Source: Eledone cirrhosa
Taxonomy: Eukaryota
Reading direction: 5' to 3'
Length of the DNA stretch: 64,000 nucleotides
Assembly (NCBI GenBank): GCA_964016885.1
Contig: OZ024740.1
Location: 133,858,001 to 133,922,000 of the forward strand
Below, one piece after another: positions 60,481-64,000 of this stretch; position 1 is the stretch's first letter; each line of letters starts with the position of its first letter. The notes beneath the pieces were generated by a model, which ran no database searches, was not told where the DNA came from, and was given only the letters and a program-made list of their open reading frames with translations. The position numbers and the translations under genes were made by a program.

Positions 60481-61314
60481 TGGGTGTTATGTTATTTGTT
60501 GTTTTGCAGGTAGGTCGTATATATGTATGTGTGTATGTATGTTTCTGTATGGTTATGTATGTTTGATTCTATAATCAACAATGATGACATCAATTCAACA
60601 ACGGTCAGAAAACTGATTTCCTTCCAGAACTGTCCCTACCAGGGCCCCAACCCCGGTAACAAAACAAAACAAAACGAGTATATATATAGCCAGAAAAACC
60701 GAAGTTACTTAGAAATACTCGGAAAGACTTTAATGAGATATTGTCTTTTTATTATATTTTGTTTTATTTTATTTTATTGGGACGGTTTAGATTATATACT
60801 TTCCCTATACTACAATATTGGAATCCTGCCATCAAAACTACCAAATTTCATTCAAACAAAGTTACACAACTCCTTTCTCCTATTTTTTCATCTATGTTTT
60901 GTATTTCTCTAATAGTGAGACTGCTGGAAGTACGACCGAAATATTACACATCTTGAAAGATCTACACAGATGATGCTGACACATTCGCGAATGCCTGATT
61001 AAAACACCAAACTTCAAAGCATTACTGATATCTTCTGTACCCCAAAGTCAATCATTTCATCGCCACCCAATTTCCCGTCTAAGGAAGGACGCGTCGACTA
61101 TTGTCAAACGAAATAGTTTCCATTTCCATGAAACTGCCTTTGACTACAACACCATAGTCACCATATTTTGGTACGAATTTACAGTAATACATATAGAGCT
61201 AGCTCGACACAAGGCGGTATACGAGTCACCAGTAATGGTTTGTTTTAGCGTTCCATACACTGTTAAATTGGCATTTAGGACTCCCGTGTAAAAAAACCTA
61301 ATATATCATTTTCA

Positions 61315-61397
<83 letters not shown>

Positions 61398-61483
61398 GTA
61401 GGTCCCGGGTTGAGTCGGGGATAACCACAGTAAGTAAGGTACTCAATACATGGCAGAGTAAAATATATTTATTGTATCGAAGG

Positions 61484-61534
61484 AGCTTCTACAGGACTAG
61501 TACTGTTTCATTCAGATGAAATCTTCAAGAAGCT
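61484..61534 (-). ncRNA. Hammerhead (C3 changed to U in this copy)
   Basis: agcttc-UUGAAGA-tttcatctgaat-GAAA-cag tactagtc ctg-UA/gaagct. Confidence 0.65.
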
Positions 61535-62348
61535 GGGTGTCATATTAAGTTCTGGTATTTATACATTTAGGTAGTTGTAAGGGAGGGGTGGTGGCTGGGG
61601 GTGTGGGGGAGGGGGGGGGGGTATTTAGATACACAGGACCACAACATGGCACAGGCCGTTTTTTCTTTGGGGAGTGGTCAATTAGCCAGAGTGCTTTTGT
61701 AAAAGAAAAGAAAAAGAAAAAGTAAATAAATAAGTAAATAAATAAATAAATAAATGAATAAATAGATAAGTGAATAAGTAAATAAAAATAAATAAAAATA
61801 AATAAAAACCCCAAGAATAGTAATTCAACAGATATATAGTAGGGAAATTTTTTTAGGTGGGTTGGTATTAGAAGATAAACAAGACCGAATCATGGCACAG
61901 ACTGAGGTGAGTGGTCAAGTTAACATACAAGCTACAGGTGGCCAGAGTGTTTTTGTAGAATGGAAAGAATGAAAGATATTTACATACTCACAACCACATA
62001 CATAAACACTTACACACACACATATATATGCCTATCTATACATATATATATATACATATATATATATATACACATATATATATATATATACACACAAGAA
62101 AAAAGCACATACACATAAATATACACACACACACGCATACACATACACACACATATATATGCATACACACATATATATATATATACACATACATGTATGT
62201 ATGTCTCTCGGTATAAACTATACTATACATACGTGTACATACATATACACACACATACATACATACACATACATACACACACACAAACACATACATACAC
62301 ACATATACATATATATATATACACACATACATACACATACATATATAT

Positions 62349-62412
<64 letters not shown>

Positions 62413-63119
62413 ACATATACATACACACACGCATACATACACATACACACATACAAATACATACACATAGACACATATACACATACACGCACTCGTTCGC
62501 ATACATACATGTATTTATAATATATTGGGAAAAAGTAGTGGGACAAATTATAAACTGAGCCTGATGGAGGATTAAAATAATTATTATCACTACTAAGTTA
62601 TTAATATTATCATCAAGTAATTAATTATTATTTATTATTTACCATTCACTATTCATTACCTATCTTTTATCTTTTATCTATTCATTACTTAATCATTCAC
62701 TTATTAATTAATAAATAAATGAGTTAACTAACAAACAAACAGATAAACAAATAAACAAATAAATAAATAAATAAATAAATAGATAAATAAATAAATAAAT
62801 AAATAAATAAAATAAATAAAATAAATAAATAAATAAACAGATAAATAAATAAATCTCGAACGTGTGCGTGCAGCAGTTCATAACTGCACGTATGCAAACA
62901 TGAGCAGATATATACGTGAATTTGTGTGTGCGGCCACGGAACCTTACTAAGAGGCATACAACACAATATATAAGGCCTGGAGGGGAGGAAAGAAGGTAAT
63001 AATGAGAGATAGAGGGGAGGAAAGGTGGTAATAATGAGAGATGGAGGGACGGGAGTGGGATGGGGGACGGGGTGGGGTGGTGATATGGGGGGGGGGGTCA
63101 ATCGGGGGGCGGGGGGGTC

Positions 63120-63480
63120 TGTAGTTTTTGTAATTTGCATAGTTCTTGTGCATGCAATTAGGGGAGTGTTCCGAGATCTTATTGAGGAGAGGGCCTTTGG
63201 CGAATAGAATCTCATAGCTCTCGGAGATACAGAGATCACAGCAATTATGGCCTCCCGTGTAGGATCGAGCTCTCTGGAGTAGTCTCCATTGGGTCTTGAA
63301 GGGATGGAGTTCCTTTTAAGGTGCCAGATGTGGGCGGCGAGTGTTGTTTGGTTAGATTTGTCTGGGCGCCGGAACGAATGTGTGTGGGCGTACCAGCGAG
63401 TCTTAAAACTGTTAGAAGTCATCCCGATGTACGAGTTTCTTTTTTCATCGGGGCCTGAGAGTACATCGCATATATAGACG
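63120..63480 (-). pseudogene. PLE GIY-YIG endonuclease remnant
   Basis: VYICDV...SYIGMTSNSFKTRWYAHTHSF...TTLAAHIWHLK...CDLCISE...LLNK.SE...CMH with one frameshift. Confidence 0.85.
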
Positions 63481-63499
63481 AGAACTTAATATGACACCC

Positions 63500-63550
63500 A
63501 GCTTCCTGAAGATTTCATCTGAATGAAACAGTACTAGTCCTGTAGAAGCT
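63500..63550 (+). ncRNA. Type I hammerhead ribozyme
   Basis: agcttc-CUGAAGA-t ttc atct gaa t-GAAA-cag tACTAGTc ctg-UA/gaagct. Confidence 0.8.
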
Positions 63551-63552
63551 CC

Positions 63553-63616
<64 letters not shown>

Positions 63617-63622
<6 letters not shown>

Positions 63623-64000
63623 TAAAATAACAGATTAAAGTTTAAGTAAAGAATTGCTGCTTTCACCCTTAACGGGATCTTCTGAAACTAAAAAAATCAA
63701 TCTGTGAGCGCAGAAGTAAATATTTCCAAAAACGTTGCAACTGAAGGAAGACAGGTAGACGATACTTTGGTTCGTGGAAACGTTCCCTGGCAAAGAACGG
63801 AAAAACGAAGATAATACGTCATTATTTTGAGCGGTGAAAACAATTACACGCAAAGACAAAATCATCTTTATGGTATAAATGAAGTCGTAGACTAATATTC
63901 TAATAGGTGGTTCGTGGATACGTTCTCTGGCATAGAACGAGAAAATATATATGATATATATTTATCCTTATCGCGCCCTCTTTGGATTTTAGTCTTCAAA
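63617..64000. mobile_element. Third copy of the 4864-7610 pLTR family (inverted piece plus tail), with a CAGAAGA motif at 63639-63689 (-)
   Basis: Aligns to 4864-5145; tail matches 7572-7610. Confidence 0.8.

Larger units (their letters stand above)
61397..63555 (-). mobile_element. 5'-truncated Naiad-like PLE: GIY-YIG remnant, microsatellite-rich 3' region, pLTR with tail, and inverted pLTR piece
   Basis: IR 61479-61553 / 63481-63555; flanked by (TA)n on both sides. Confidence 0.85.

Overview
AT-rich, microsatellite-saturated eukaryotic DNA. The SINE, RTE and mariner families resemble coleoid cephalopod (octopus-like) repeats; this taxonomy is an inference. No host protein-coding gene can be supported. 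Nearly all listed ORFs are translations of (TA)n/(CA)n/(GA)n arrays or of decayed transposons. Recognisable elements: a 6.7-kb Helitron with both termini, inserted inside a decayed Penelope-like element (PLE); two Naiad-like PLE remnants with inverted pLTRs; an R4/Dong LINE next to a (TAA)n array; an apparently full-length RTE LINE with a 13-bp TSD; an RTE fragment; a rearranged mariner; SINEs and MITEs. The main hidden signal, invisible in the ORF track, is about 20 type-I hammerhead ribozyme (HHR) motifs from about 10 families, folded by eye. Most sit in PLE-derived modules bounded by (TA)n. They include a 484-bp tandem array with one minimal HHR per complete unit (a retrozyme-like source of possible circular RNA) and families with non-canonical cores (U3-A8, C4, A4, mismatched 10.1-11.1 pair). 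Several fold-back insertions turn inside the ribozyme. Ribozyme activity is predicted, not shown.
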